From contig NZ_QPMJ01000001.1 of assembly GCF_003369835.1 (NCBI RefSeq), positions 1,079,589 through 1,111,588 on the forward strand: 32,000 bases of DNA, given 5' to 3'. This stretch comes from Halorussus rarus. GTDB lineage: Archaea; Halobacteriota; Halobacteria; Halobacteriales; Haladaptataceae. This document shows positions 9,310 to 18,331 of this stretch, one piece after another. Both the position numbers and the translations under genes were made by a program. The stretch's first letter is position 1; every line of letters begins with the position of its first letter. The notes under the pieces are model-generated. The model was given only the letters and a program-made list of their open reading frames with translations, was not told the DNA's origin and did no database searches.

Positions 9310-9324
9310 GACCCTCTGATATCC

Positions 9325-12300
9325 ATGTCCACGACACACGGTCAACCTGGTCTCTCGTCGGATCAACGCTCAACCATCCGAAGCACTATCCTCAGCACTC
9401 GCCACACGCTCGAAGACGAACTTCGCCGCCAGCTCGAAAAATACGGTATCTACGAGGACAAGCGTCTCCCCCTTGAAGACCTCTCTCACTTGTCCACAGA
9501 AGAACGCCACACTCGACGAACGCTGGATGCTGCCATCGAACGGGAACTCGAATCTACGGAAGGCGATCTGGAGCGGTCAATCACTAATTACGTCCGCGAA
9601 GCAACGAAGACCTACCTCAACCGGTTTGTCGCGCTGAAGACCATCGAGGTTCGCGGCCTCGTCGAGGAAACCATCACCGAGCGTCCGGAGTACGGCAACC
9701 GGTCGTACATGCACCACACCGTGGCCGAAATCGCTGGCGAACTCACAAACGCACCTGATGACGGCTTCGATGCCGCCCTTGATCTTGCGTATCAGGAGAT
9801 CGGGGCGGAGATTCGAATGATCTTCGAGGAATCCGAACACACCGCTATCGACCTCGACGCGCAGGTTCGAGAACAGGTTCTCGACGAACTGGACGCAATC
9901 GATGACGATGCCTGGGAAAGCGACGAGGCACTGGGCTGGGTATACCAGTACTTCGGTGAGGAAGAACGTGAAGAGATCGACGACCGGGTTGATGAAGAGA
10001 ACTACAAGATCGCAGGAACAGACATCGCCACGAAGACCCAGCTGTTTACCCCCCGGTACATCGTCGAGTGGATGGTCGATAACTCACTGGGCCGGACGTG
10101 GCTCGAAATGCAAGGCGAACGGACGAATATCGACGACGAGGGCAACTGCTTCTATCTTGCACCGTTAGAAGACTCTCTGACTGATCGTGAGTCGAAACCG
10201 GTCGAAGAGATCACCGTGCTCGACCCAGCTTGCGGGAGCGGTCATATGCTGTTCTATGCGTTCGACGTTCTTTACCAGATGTATCTGGAGGAGGGTGAAA
10301 TCCCTGAAGAGTACATCCCACGTGAGATTCTTCGGAACAATCTCCATGGGATCGATATCGACTCCGGTGCAGTCCAGATCGCGGCGTTATCACTGTACCT
10401 GAAGGCGAAAGAGCACTCTCCTGACGTGGAAATACCGCAGTTGAACGTCGTGAGTGCAGACGCAGTCCTCATCAATGGCGAGCGGAAGGCAAAGGTCCTT
10501 GATCGTGCAGATTCAGATCTAGAGCAAGAAATACTCGAACAAATTTGGCAAAGTTTCGATGATATCCGTGAACTCGGGAGTCTCGTTCAGGTGGAGGACC
10601 GGATCGACGAACTGCTTGATGAGTACCGCGAGGAGCTTGAATTGGGCGGACAGACACAGATCACAAACCAGGGTGAACTAACAGGACAATCGACGTTCGT
10701 CTCCGGCGGGGAGGAACATTCGTGGGATACGCTGAGAGAGGATCTTTTAGAGAAGACTCGTGAGATCGCCCGCAATGGGTTGGAACAGGACGATCCCGTT
10801 GAGGAGATGTTCGCCAACGAGGTCGGGAAGACGGTGGAATTGCTCGATTTGCTGGTTGACGAGTACGACGTTGTTGTATCGAATCCACCCTATCTTAGTG
10901 ATCGAAAGATGTCTAATGAAGTGAAGGAATTCCTGAAGTCCGGATATATTTCTCACCAGAACCTCTATTCAGCATTTATCGAGAGAAATACCAAATTCCT
11001 TGCAGGCAATGGACTCTCGGCGATGATTACTCCTGAAGGATTTATGTTCCAGTACGATTTCAGGTCCCTCAGGCCATATCTTCTCGAAAATATGGCGATA
11101 CTCGATACAGTTCATCTGTCGAGATACGGATTCGCGCAGCAGAAGGATGTCTACACGGCTGCGTATGTGATGAGAAATCAATCTGAAGATAGTACAACAA
11201 CTAGCCGGTTCTTCAGAATGACACATGAGCAGGAAGAGTATGACACATATGAAAAGAAGGAACAAAAACTACCAGAGTTGATCAAAACTCAACGAAACCA
11301 AAAGTCCCACCCAGACGTGTTCGTCGTTGATCAGTCTACATTCTTCGATCTACCACGGACACCTTTTGTATATCGATTTGGCGACGAGATCTTGTCTGCA
11401 ATCTCTCAACACGATTCAGTTGAAGAGGTCTCAGAGGCTGTGCTTGAAGGTCTAAGCACGGGGGATGATGACCGGTTCCTCCGGTCATGGTGGGAAATCG
11501 ATTCAGAGGATATCGGCCCTGAAGAGAGATACCGATCCATTGCAATGGGTGGCGACCCAATGGAATATTTCGATTCGCCAGAAATGGTAGTCGATTGGGG
11601 TGATAAGGGAAAAGAACTTAGAAATTTCGAGGGGAGCCACCTCCGAAATGAAGGATATTATGGGAAAGAAGGAATCCACTTCCGCAAATTTGGGAACTAC
11701 TTTACTGTCAGGAAGCACGAATCAGGTTGGTTCTTCACACCGACGGCCCGTTTGATCAAAACTAGTAGTACCGAAGCAGATTTCACTGTTATGGCTATGC
11801 TCTGCTCGTCGATGAATAGGTACATTTTGAACGTTCTCAACCCACAAATACATTTCAATATATCTGCTGTTGAGTCTGTTCCAGCCGAACTATCCAAAGA
11901 AACACAGCGTCAGGTAACGGATTACGCCAAACGAGGTTTGGACGAGAGAAAAACACAGCAGTCATTGAAAGAGACAAAACTAGAGTTTGACCCCGATAAA
12001 TTTTATGATAATCTTGAGTCATTGATATATGAACGTGAACGAATGGAGTCTCTTGTTCAAATACACCACGGGATGATAGACAACGAAATATTCCGTGATT
12101 ATGAACTTAGCGAGGACACAGTTGAGCTAATCTATGATGAGGTTCCGAAAAACCTCGCTCGCCTCCCGATTGCAGACGTCAATTATACCACACAACCCGA
12201 CGTCGAAATAGGCAGTAAGCAGAAGATCGACGACCTCCCTTCGTTAATTAAATCTTCAGACGGAGAGGATTTGCGAGAAATTTCTGAAGACATAGATGTG

Positions 12301-13014
12301 TCCCCTATCTCAGTCGCAGAAATCAGACACGAGGAAGGATTGTACGCGTCTGAAGTAGAAGAAGGGTGGGGAGGGGACATCGTTTCGTTTGTTGTTGGAG
12401 TCCTGTTTGGAAGGTGGGAAATCAACGCTGAATTCGATACATTGCAAGATGAGCTATTAGTCTTCTCGTCGGACACTCACCTTGGCAAGGTTCAGGAGGC
12501 GTTGAACCAGTGTGATGACCAGATGAGCGCTCAGAGCCTCAACACCCTTCTCGGTCAAGATCCTGTTGAGTGGTTCAGAAACCGTTTTTTCCGCCACCAC
12601 CACTGCAAGGAATACCGTCGCCGAGGCCAGCGAATCCCCATCTACTGGCAACTAGAAAGCCCAGAGGGTGCGTTTAGTTGTTATGTCTACTACCACGGGA
12701 TTGATGAGACCACACTGCCGAAACTTCGGGGGCAGTACATCGATCCTAGGGTTGAAGAATTGGAGAATGAACGCGACACACTCCAAGCACAGACAAGCGG
12801 CGAGAATCCAGATCCGGAGCTCCTTGATCGCCTAGAAACTGTTGAGGAGGGTCTGTCCGACATTCGTGAGTTCGGCGATATGATCGATCAAATGATTGAT
12901 GACGGGGTTACAGTTGATACTGAGAGAGGTATCTGGGAGAATATCAAAGAGTGGGACCAGTACGAACTCCTCGAAACCGGACTCCCGAAACTAAAATCGA
13001 GCTATTCGAGGTGA
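9325..13014 (+). CDS. pglX: BREX N6-adenine DNA methyltransferase PglX
   Basis: The ORF is open from TTG 9241, but the ATG at 9325 follows a strong hairpin and gives MSTTHGQPG... (1229 aa). SAM-binding motif I is VLDPACGSGHMLF (10216-10254). Catalytic motif IV is NPPY (10882-10893, in VVVSNPPYL). Size and position are typical of PglX. Confidence 0.9.
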   Translation: MSTTHGQPGLSSDQRSTIRSTILSTRHTLEDELRRQLEKYGIYEDKRLPLEDLSHLSTEERHTRRTLDAAIERELESTEGDLERSITNYVREATKTYLNRFVALKTIEVRGLVEETITERPEYGNRSYMHHTVAEIAGELTNAPDDGFDAALDLAYQEIGAEIRMIFEESEHTAIDLDAQVREQVLDELDAIDDDAWESDEALGWVYQYFGEEEREEIDDRVDEENYKIAGTDIATKTQLFTPRYIVEWMVDNSLGRTWLEMQGERTNIDDEGNCFYLAPLEDSLTDRESKPVEEITVLDPACGSGHMLFYAFDVLYQMYLEEGEIPEEYIPREILRNNLHGIDIDSGAVQIAALSLYLKAKEHSPDVEIPQLNVVSADAVLINGERKAKVLDRADSDLEQEILEQIWQSFDDIRELGSLVQVEDRIDELLDEYREELELGGQTQITNQGELTGQSTFVSGGEEHSWDTLREDLLEKTREIARNGLEQDDPVEEMFANEVGKTVELLDLLVDEYDVVVSNPPYLSDRKMSNEVKEFLKSGYISHQNLYSAFIERNTKFLAGNGLSAMITPEGFMFQYDFRSLRPYLLENMAILDTVHLSRYGFAQQKDVYTAAYVMRNQSEDSTTTSRFFRMTHEQEEYDTYEKKEQKLPELIKTQRNQKSHPDVFVVDQSTFFDLPRTPFVYRFGDEILSAISQHDSVEEVSEAVLEGLSTGDDDRFLRSWWEIDSEDIGPEERYRSIAMGGDPMEYFDSPEMVVDWGDKGKELRNFEGSHLRNEGYYGKEGIHFRKFGNYFTVRKHESGWFFTPTARLIKTSSTEADFTVMAMLCSSMNRYILNVLNPQIHFNISAVESVPAELSKETQRQVTDYAKRGLDERKTQQSLKETKLEFDPDKFYDNLESLIYERERMESLVQIHHGMIDNEIFRDYELSEDTVELIYDEVPKNLARLPIADVNYTTQPDVEIGSKQKIDDLPSLIKSSDGEDLREISEDIDVSPISVAEIRHEEGLYASEVEEGWGGDIVSFVVGVLFGRWEINAEFDTLQDELLVFSSDTHLGKVQEALNQCDDQMSAQSLNTLLGQDPVEWFRNRFFRHHHCKEYRRRGQRIPIYWQLESPEGAFSCYVYYHGIDETTLPKLRGQYIDPRVEELENERDTLQAQTSGENPDPELLDRLETVEEGLSDIREFGDMIDQMIDDGVTVDTERGIWENIKEWDQYELLETGLPKLKSSYSR

Positions 13015-13020
13015 TTTGAC

Positions 13021-15447
13021 ATGGGAGATCTCGCGGACAGCATTATCACGGAACTCCGGCAAAAGTTCGATCGACACCCGGTCTGGGTGTGGTATGACGC
13101 CCAAGAGAAGTACAAGGGCGTCCTCGACGAGGTCGAAGTGGCCCTCGACGGCGTCACGCTCGCACGATACGATGGCAGCTACTTCGAACTGAAGCGCCGC
13201 CTCTACGAAGAGGATCCGAACTACGAGAAGGACTGGCTGTTCTACATTCCCGAGTCGCGAAACGATGCCGAGTGGTTCCGCGACGTCCACTCACTCGGGC
13301 GACAGTACCGCGTCGGCCAGGACATCGACGACACGCCCGTGACGCAGTTCCTCGTCGAGCACGACGAAGAGATCCCTGACGCGTACGAGGACTGGGGACA
13401 GAACCGCGAGGTTCAGCGCCTGGCCTTCTTCTGCGTTCTCTTCGACACCGCTGGCCCGGCAACCGACGACTGGGTCCGTGCCTACCTCTCGAATCCGGAA
13501 GAGTACCGTGAGACGATCGAAGAAAACGCGATGGCCGACGCCTGGGACGCCCAACTCCGAGAGGAATACGGTGTCACCGCGGGACTCGATCCGAAAGAGC
13601 TAGCGACCCAGCTCCTCTTTGGCGAAGTGGCCAGTCGGGCACCGACATCCCGGTACGACGAACTCGCGGCTGACGACACCCGCGCTGCTGCGGCATTTTG
13701 TGACGAGTGGCAACAATACGCCCCTGCCGAGTTCACACGCTATGCGCAGAAGATCGCGGAGGAATACGACCTTGCGAAGGCCGTCATCGACTCCGACCGC
13801 ATTCACTGGGACGCGACCGCGTTCAAGGGAATCGACATGGGCCTCATCCGGCTGGTGATGAAACGACTTGCCGAAGAGACCTACGCAGACCTCCCCGATA
13901 TCGCGGCAGATTTGCAGCAGACAGTCACTGAGAGACAGGACAGCTTCTGGAGCAACGAGGACCTTGTCGATTGGTCAGTCCCAGTCCTGGCGGTCGAAAC
14001 CCTCCAGCATATCGGAACTATCGACGCCGACGAAGCTAAGACGCTCTCATCGGTGGAACTCGCCCAGAAGTACACGAGTGACGATGGATGGTGGCAAGTC
14101 GATGCGGCCTATCGGCAGTATATCAATGCCACCCAGGAGGCTACCTTCCCATATCCGAACGAAACCACGGTGAAGGAGCGGGTCACTCAACACTACATGT
14201 CCTTCCTCCAAGGAGTGAACCGCCCGCTTGCGGACATTCTGAGTGACGACCCGACCCTCGGGACACCCCAGACTTCGTTCTACGATGAGTTCGCGGACCT
14301 TGACAACGGGACGGCGATCATCATCTGTGACGGGCTTCGCTACGAACTCGCCGAAGCGATCAAACAGAACCTCGGACGGCGGACGGACTTCGAGCAAGAC
14401 CTGAGCGCAGTCAGCGCGGCTCTCCCCTCGATCACCGAAGTTGGGATGGCCGCACACCTACCTGGAGAACTCGGCCTCTCTCTCGAAGATGATGACCTCG
14501 TCGTGACCAGTGGCGGTGAGGAGATGACCGGAAAGTCAGACCGCGTCGACAGACTCAGCGCCGCAGGCTTCGAGGTGGTAGATATGGACGAGGTGAGCAG
14601 CATCTCGTTGGAGAACCTGACGGAGTCTGACCCTGTCCCAAGAGTCGTCTACTCCGGAACGATAGACAAACTCGGTGAGAATCTCGACGACGACGCAGCC
14701 TTCAGCCAGGTGGACTCCCACGTTGACGACGTCGAACGGACTGTCCAGCGACTAAAGCAGGCCGGATACACTCGGTTCGTCATCACGAGCGACCACGGGT
14801 TCCTCTACACGGATCGGTTGTCCGACGACCTCAAAGTCGAATCACCCGACCTTGCTCCGGTCGTCAAACGACGATTCGCAGCCGCTGACAGCGATGCTCC
14901 ACTCGTCGATACGGGCGAATTCATCGAAGTCGATTCCGATGCGCTGTCTGATCTCGGCATCAACGCTCCCGAACTCAAGCTGCTCTTCCCTCGAAGTGTT
15001 GCCTGTTTCAAGGCTCAGGGTGGGAACATGCAGTACTTCCACGGTGGGATTTCGCTCCAAGAACTCCTCGTTCCGTGCCTCACGGTGACCACCGGCGAGA
15101 TAGAAGAAAGCGCGTCGATCAGTTATGACGTCTCGATCCCCGACCCGATCACGAACTCGATAATCTCCATTGAGATTGAGGCCAAGAGTGGACAAGTGGC
15201 ATTCGACCCAGCACCGATACTAGAGATCCGTGCGAACATCGATGACGAGGCGGTGGCGGACCCCGTAACGATGGAAATCTCTCCGGGGACCAATAGCGAA
15301 CGTATTCGTCTCAAACAGGGGGCAATCTCTGGAGAGAGCTCGGTCCAGTTCGAAGTTATTGACACCGACACCCGAGAAACGATCACGCGGAAAACGGTGG
15401 AACTTGATCTACTCTTTGGAGACGATGATATGGGATTTGACGTGTAA
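13021..15447 (+). CDS. pglZ: BREX alkaline-phosphatase-fold protein PglZ
   Basis: 808-codon ORF starting 6 nt after the pglX stop. It contains AIIICDGLRYELAE and FVITSDHGFLY, the two hallmark PglZ-domain segments (metal-binding D and DHG). Confidence 0.9.
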   Translation: MGDLADSIITELRQKFDRHPVWVWYDAQEKYKGVLDEVEVALDGVTLARYDGSYFELKRRLYEEDPNYEKDWLFYIPESRNDAEWFRDVHSLGRQYRVGQDIDDTPVTQFLVEHDEEIPDAYEDWGQNREVQRLAFFCVLFDTAGPATDDWVRAYLSNPEEYRETIEENAMADAWDAQLREEYGVTAGLDPKELATQLLFGEVASRAPTSRYDELAADDTRAAAAFCDEWQQYAPAEFTRYAQKIAEEYDLAKAVIDSDRIHWDATAFKGIDMGLIRLVMKRLAEETYADLPDIAADLQQTVTERQDSFWSNEDLVDWSVPVLAVETLQHIGTIDADEAKTLSSVELAQKYTSDDGWWQVDAAYRQYINATQEATFPYPNETTVKERVTQHYMSFLQGVNRPLADILSDDPTLGTPQTSFYDEFADLDNGTAIIICDGLRYELAEAIKQNLGRRTDFEQDLSAVSAALPSITEVGMAAHLPGELGLSLEDDDLVVTSGGEEMTGKSDRVDRLSAAGFEVVDMDEVSSISLENLTESDPVPRVVYSGTIDKLGENLDDDAAFSQVDSHVDDVERTVQRLKQAGYTRFVITSDHGFLYTDRLSDDLKVESPDLAPVVKRRFAAADSDAPLVDTGEFIEVDSDALSDLGINAPELKLLFPRSVACFKAQGGNMQYFHGGISLQELLVPCLTVTTGEIEESASISYDVSIPDPITNSIISIEIEAKSGQVAFDPAPILEIRANIDDEAVADPVTMEISPGTNSERIRLKQGAISGESSVQFEVIDTDTRETITRKTVELDLLFGDDDMGFDV

Positions 15448-15590
15448 CCTACAATCCCCTTGCATGTGTTAGAATAGATACCATTATATCCTGCCACCAG
15501 TCAATGATTGCTGAGAGTATGGATATAGGTACTACTAAATGAAAGGATGAAAAGCTAAAAATAGTGATCAGGGAGTTCCCCTGTAAGCAA

Positions 15591-15630
15591 AGGGCATAAG
15601 AATGTGGTGTTCCCACATTTTGTAGGCCCT
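15591..15630 (+). other. two-tier hairpin in the pglZ-brxL spacer
   Basis: Inner stem AATGTGG (15601-15607) / CCACATT (15613-15619) with a 5-nt loop. Outer stem AGGGC (15591-15595) / GCCCT (15626-15630). It sits in an AT-rich, non-coding-looking 390-bp gap. Confidence 0.35.
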
Positions 15631-15777
15631 GAGCCGGCTTCTAACTAAACGGATAGCGGTTAGTATGTGCTCGCTGTCAGTATTGTTGTGTATTAGCGAT
15701 AGCGCTTGAATCCTCAACCGAAGAGACTCTGCCGCCCGTATCTGAACTGAAGCCAATAGATGAGTATCGGTAACCGG

Positions 15778-15812
15778 TATTGGTGTTCCGCCTGGGATGA
15801 CCGACACCAATA
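15778..15812. promoter_or_regulatory. 9-bp perfect inverted repeat (TATTGGTGT-N17-ACACCAATA) 28 nt upstream of the brxL ATG
   Basis: 15778-15786 is the exact reverse complement of 15804-15812. Its position just upstream of the brxL start is compatible with an operator overlapping a promoter, or with a 5' RNA hairpin. Confidence 0.4.
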
Positions 15813-15839
15813 TGCCCCCGGCTCTGTTTCTTGAATATA

Positions 15840-17867
15840 ATGACTACTGAGGACGTCGATCAGAAAGCTCTCGACGTCTTTCCCGGACGCGTCGTCCGGA
15901 AGGATCTTGTTCAAGATATCAAGTCGGGAGTAAACGTCCCCACCTATGTTCTCGAATACCTCATCGGACAATACTGTGCCACAGACGATGAGGAATCGCT
16001 TGAGGAGGGGCTCGAAAAAGTCAAACAGATTCTGTCGAAGCACTACGTTCGCCCTGATGAGGCCGAGTACGTCAAAAGCGAAGTACGTGAACGTGGTCGA
16101 TACCGAGTCATCGACAAAGTAACCGTCAGACTCGACGAGCAGCAGGACGCCTACATCGGCTCGTTCGTCAACCTCGGGCTCAACGACGTCGAAATTAACG
16201 AACACCTCGTCAGCAAGCACCCGAAGCTTCTGGGCGGCGGTGTCTGGGCCATCATCGATCTGGAATACCTTCCCGACAACGCGAATAGTCCCAAGAGCCT
16301 GTTCGGCATCGACTCGTTCAAACCGATACAGGTATCGAATCTTGACCTGGACCAGTTGAAAGACCGTCGACAAGAATTCACGCGTGACGAGTGGATGGAC
16401 CTTCTCCTCCAGAGCGTCGGGTACGACCCTACCGCGTTCAGCGACCGCGAGAAACTGCTATTTTTGACTCGGTGTCTTCCCCTCGTCGAATCCAACTACA
16501 ATTACGTCGAGCTGGGCCCCCGCGGAACTGGGAAGAGTTATTTATATCGGGAAATCAGCCCGCACTCGATTCTCATCTCGGGTGGAAAAACCACCGTTGC
16601 GAAGCTCTTTCTGAACCTCAACACGGGGCGGATTGGACTCGTTGGCCGTTGGGATGTCGTTGCATTCGACGAAGTCGGTGGCCTCCAGTTCAGCGACTCT
16701 GAAGCGGTCCAGATGCTCAAAGACTACATGGAGTCTGGAAGCTTCTCTCGCGGCACTGAAGAACTCACAGCGCAGGCCTCGATGGTCTACGTCGGAAACA
16801 TCGATCTGGATGTCGAAGGCGTTCTCAAGAGCTCCCACCTCTTCGAGCCGTTCCCAGAAGATATGCAGGACCTCGCTCTCATCGATCGCTTCCACTACTA
16901 TCTCCCTGGCTGGGAAGTCCCGAAGATGCGCTCCGAATTCTTCGGCGACCAGTTCGGATTCATTGTGGATTACTTCGCCGAGTTTGTGCGCGAACTGCGG
17001 AAGGAATCTTACGGTGATGCGATCAACGAGGAGTTCGCGTTCGGAGACCACCTGAACCAACGAGACGAAAGGGCCGTCCGGAAGACGGTATCTGGCCTGA
17101 TCAAACTACTCCATCCGCATGGGGAATACACGAAAGAGGAACTCCGCGAATATCTTGAATTCGCTATGGAGGGGCGACGTCGTGTCAAGGAGCAGTTGAA
17201 ACGGATGGGTGGAATGGAGTATCGGGCAGTCGAATTCTCCTATCTGGACTTAGAAACGAAAGAAGAACTCTACGTTCAGGTTCCCGAGGAGGCCGATGAG
17301 GCGCTTATTCCGCCCGGTACACAGCAAGCAGGTACTGTCTACACCATCGGCGAAAGCGAAGGTCGTCACGCTCCGTTCCGTATCGAAACTCAAACGCTTC
17401 CCGGTTCCGGGAAGACGAACATCTCTGGAACCCCGGGGAAAAAGATGAAAGAGTCGTTCGAGACTGCGTGCGACTACCTTCAGGCGAATATGCGAGAACT
17501 CCGCCGCGATGAGACGCTGGATGAGTACAATATCAATGTACAGGTACTCAATCCAGCAGACGCGAGCGAAGGTGGTGAGACAAGTGTCGGATTACTTGTT
17601 GGGATCGTCTCCGGCATTCTCGACCGACCGGTCCGCCCACAAGCCGTAGTACTAGGTGCTATGAGTTTGATGGGAGAACTGGTTGCCGTGAGTTCATTAG
17701 TGGATAAACTCCAGTTAGCCGCTGATTCAGGAGCAAAGACGGTGTTACTCCCCGCGAAAAATAAAGAGGACCTAGCGAAGATACCCGATGAGCTCTTGGA
17801 TCAACTTCAACTCGTATTTTACACCAATCCGCTTGATGCAGCTAGTAAAGCGATAGAGTTGGAGTAA
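15840..17867 (+). CDS. brxL: BREX Lon-like protease/ATPase BrxL
   Basis: The ORF is open from TTG 15831; the first ATG is at 15840. The N-terminus FPGRVVRKDLV is typical of BrxL. Walker A is GPRGTGKSY (16515-16541). The C-terminal ~180 aa is a Lon-protease-like domain (VGLLVGIVSGIL...GAMSLMGEL...AKTVLLPAKN). Confidence 0.9.
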   Translation: MTTEDVDQKALDVFPGRVVRKDLVQDIKSGVNVPTYVLEYLIGQYCATDDEESLEEGLEKVKQILSKHYVRPDEAEYVKSEVRERGRYRVIDKVTVRLDEQQDAYIGSFVNLGLNDVEINEHLVSKHPKLLGGGVWAIIDLEYLPDNANSPKSLFGIDSFKPIQVSNLDLDQLKDRRQEFTRDEWMDLLLQSVGYDPTAFSDREKLLFLTRCLPLVESNYNYVELGPRGTGKSYLYREISPHSILISGGKTTVAKLFLNLNTGRIGLVGRWDVVAFDEVGGLQFSDSEAVQMLKDYMESGSFSRGTEELTAQASMVYVGNIDLDVEGVLKSSHLFEPFPEDMQDLALIDRFHYYLPGWEVPKMRSEFFGDQFGFIVDYFAEFVRELRKESYGDAINEEFAFGDHLNQRDERAVRKTVSGLIKLLHPHGEYTKEELREYLEFAMEGRRRVKEQLKRMGGMEYRAVEFSYLDLETKEELYVQVPEEADEALIPPGTQQAGTVYTIGESEGRHAPFRIETQTLPGSGKTNISGTPGKKMKESFETACDYLQANMRELRRDETLDEYNINVQVLNPADASEGGETSVGLLVGIVSGILDRPVRPQAVVLGAMSLMGELVAVSSLVDKLQLAADSGAKTVLLPAKNKEDLAKIPDELLDQLQLVFYTNPLDAASKAIELE

Positions 17868-17888
17868 TCTCGCAGAACGGGTGCGTAG

Positions 17889-18119
17889 TTATTCGTCTAA
17901 TTCCCAAAGAAGGGAATTTCCGACTTTTTTGCTTCTAATCTCCCCATCCTCTTCGATCGATTTTAATTTCAGATAGGCGGTTCGGCGATCACAGCCAACA
18001 TAATCCGAAATATCTGTAGTTCCACTTGGTCCGAGTTCTGCTAAGGCTTCCAGAAAATCCTGGTGAGGGTATTCCTCAGTAAACTTCCCACTTTTTTCGT
18101 CCCGGTCCCGGTCGCCCAT
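17889..18119 (-). CDS. small winged-helix-turn-helix DNA-binding protein (putative transcriptional regulator)
   Basis: 76-codon ORF with ATG at 18119. GPSGTTDISDYVGCDRRTAYLKLKSIEEDGEIRSKKVGNSLLWELDE fits helix-turn-helix plus wing (KKVGxxxxW). It is convergent with brxL and divergent from the RAMP operon across a repeat-bearing spacer. Confidence 0.7.
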   Translation of the reverse strand: MGDRDRDEKSGKFTEEYPHQDFLEALAELGPSGTTDISDYVGCDRRTAYLKLKSIEEDGEIRSKKVGNSLLWELDE

Positions 18120-18165
18120 AGTACTGGTGTGAGTGCCATTTCACATATGACTGCTGGATGACTCT

Positions 18166-18243
18166 CCATTAGTCGAGTGTCCAAAGGTTTATACCATTAG
18201 TCGAGTGTCCAAAGGTTTATACCATTAGACGAGCGACTAATGG
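18166..18243. repeat. two exact abutting 28-bp direct repeats followed by a related 22-bp palindrome (operator-like)
   Basis: CCATTAGTCGAGTGTCCAAAGGTTTATA occurs at 18166-18193 and again at 18194-18221. It is followed by CCATTAGACG-AG-CGACTAATGG (18222-18243), whose right arm is the reverse complement of CCATTAGTCG. The 10-mer CCATTAG(T/A)CG therefore occurs three times direct and once inverted. Confidence 0.9.
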
Positions 18244-18331
18244 ATGTGAACTCAGCCGTTGGGCACTGATCGACAGAAGTGCCCGGGTGTTGCAGCACCC
18301 AGGCTGGGTTCCGAATACCGTCCGAGAACCC

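Noticed and set aside
9241-9324. TTG start at 9241 extending PglX by 28 codons.
   Set aside because: The extension (MYVIAGGNPDTAYCRPVRFVAVRDPLIS) spans the perfect 10-bp hairpin and looks non-coding. The ATG at 9325 gives a typical PglX N-terminus.
15714-16373. 219-aa minus-strand ORF overlapping the brxL 5' region and the spacer.
   Set aside because: It is antisense to brxL, which has strong N-terminal and Walker A matches. No motif is present, and the composition is typical of an antisense frame.
18166-18243. Possible mini-CRISPR array next to the RAMP operon, given the 28-bp repeat length.
   Set aside because: The two full copies abut directly with no spacers. There are only about 2.5 copies, and the third forms a palindrome with an inverted 10-mer. 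This is an operator-like arrangement, not repeat-spacer architecture.
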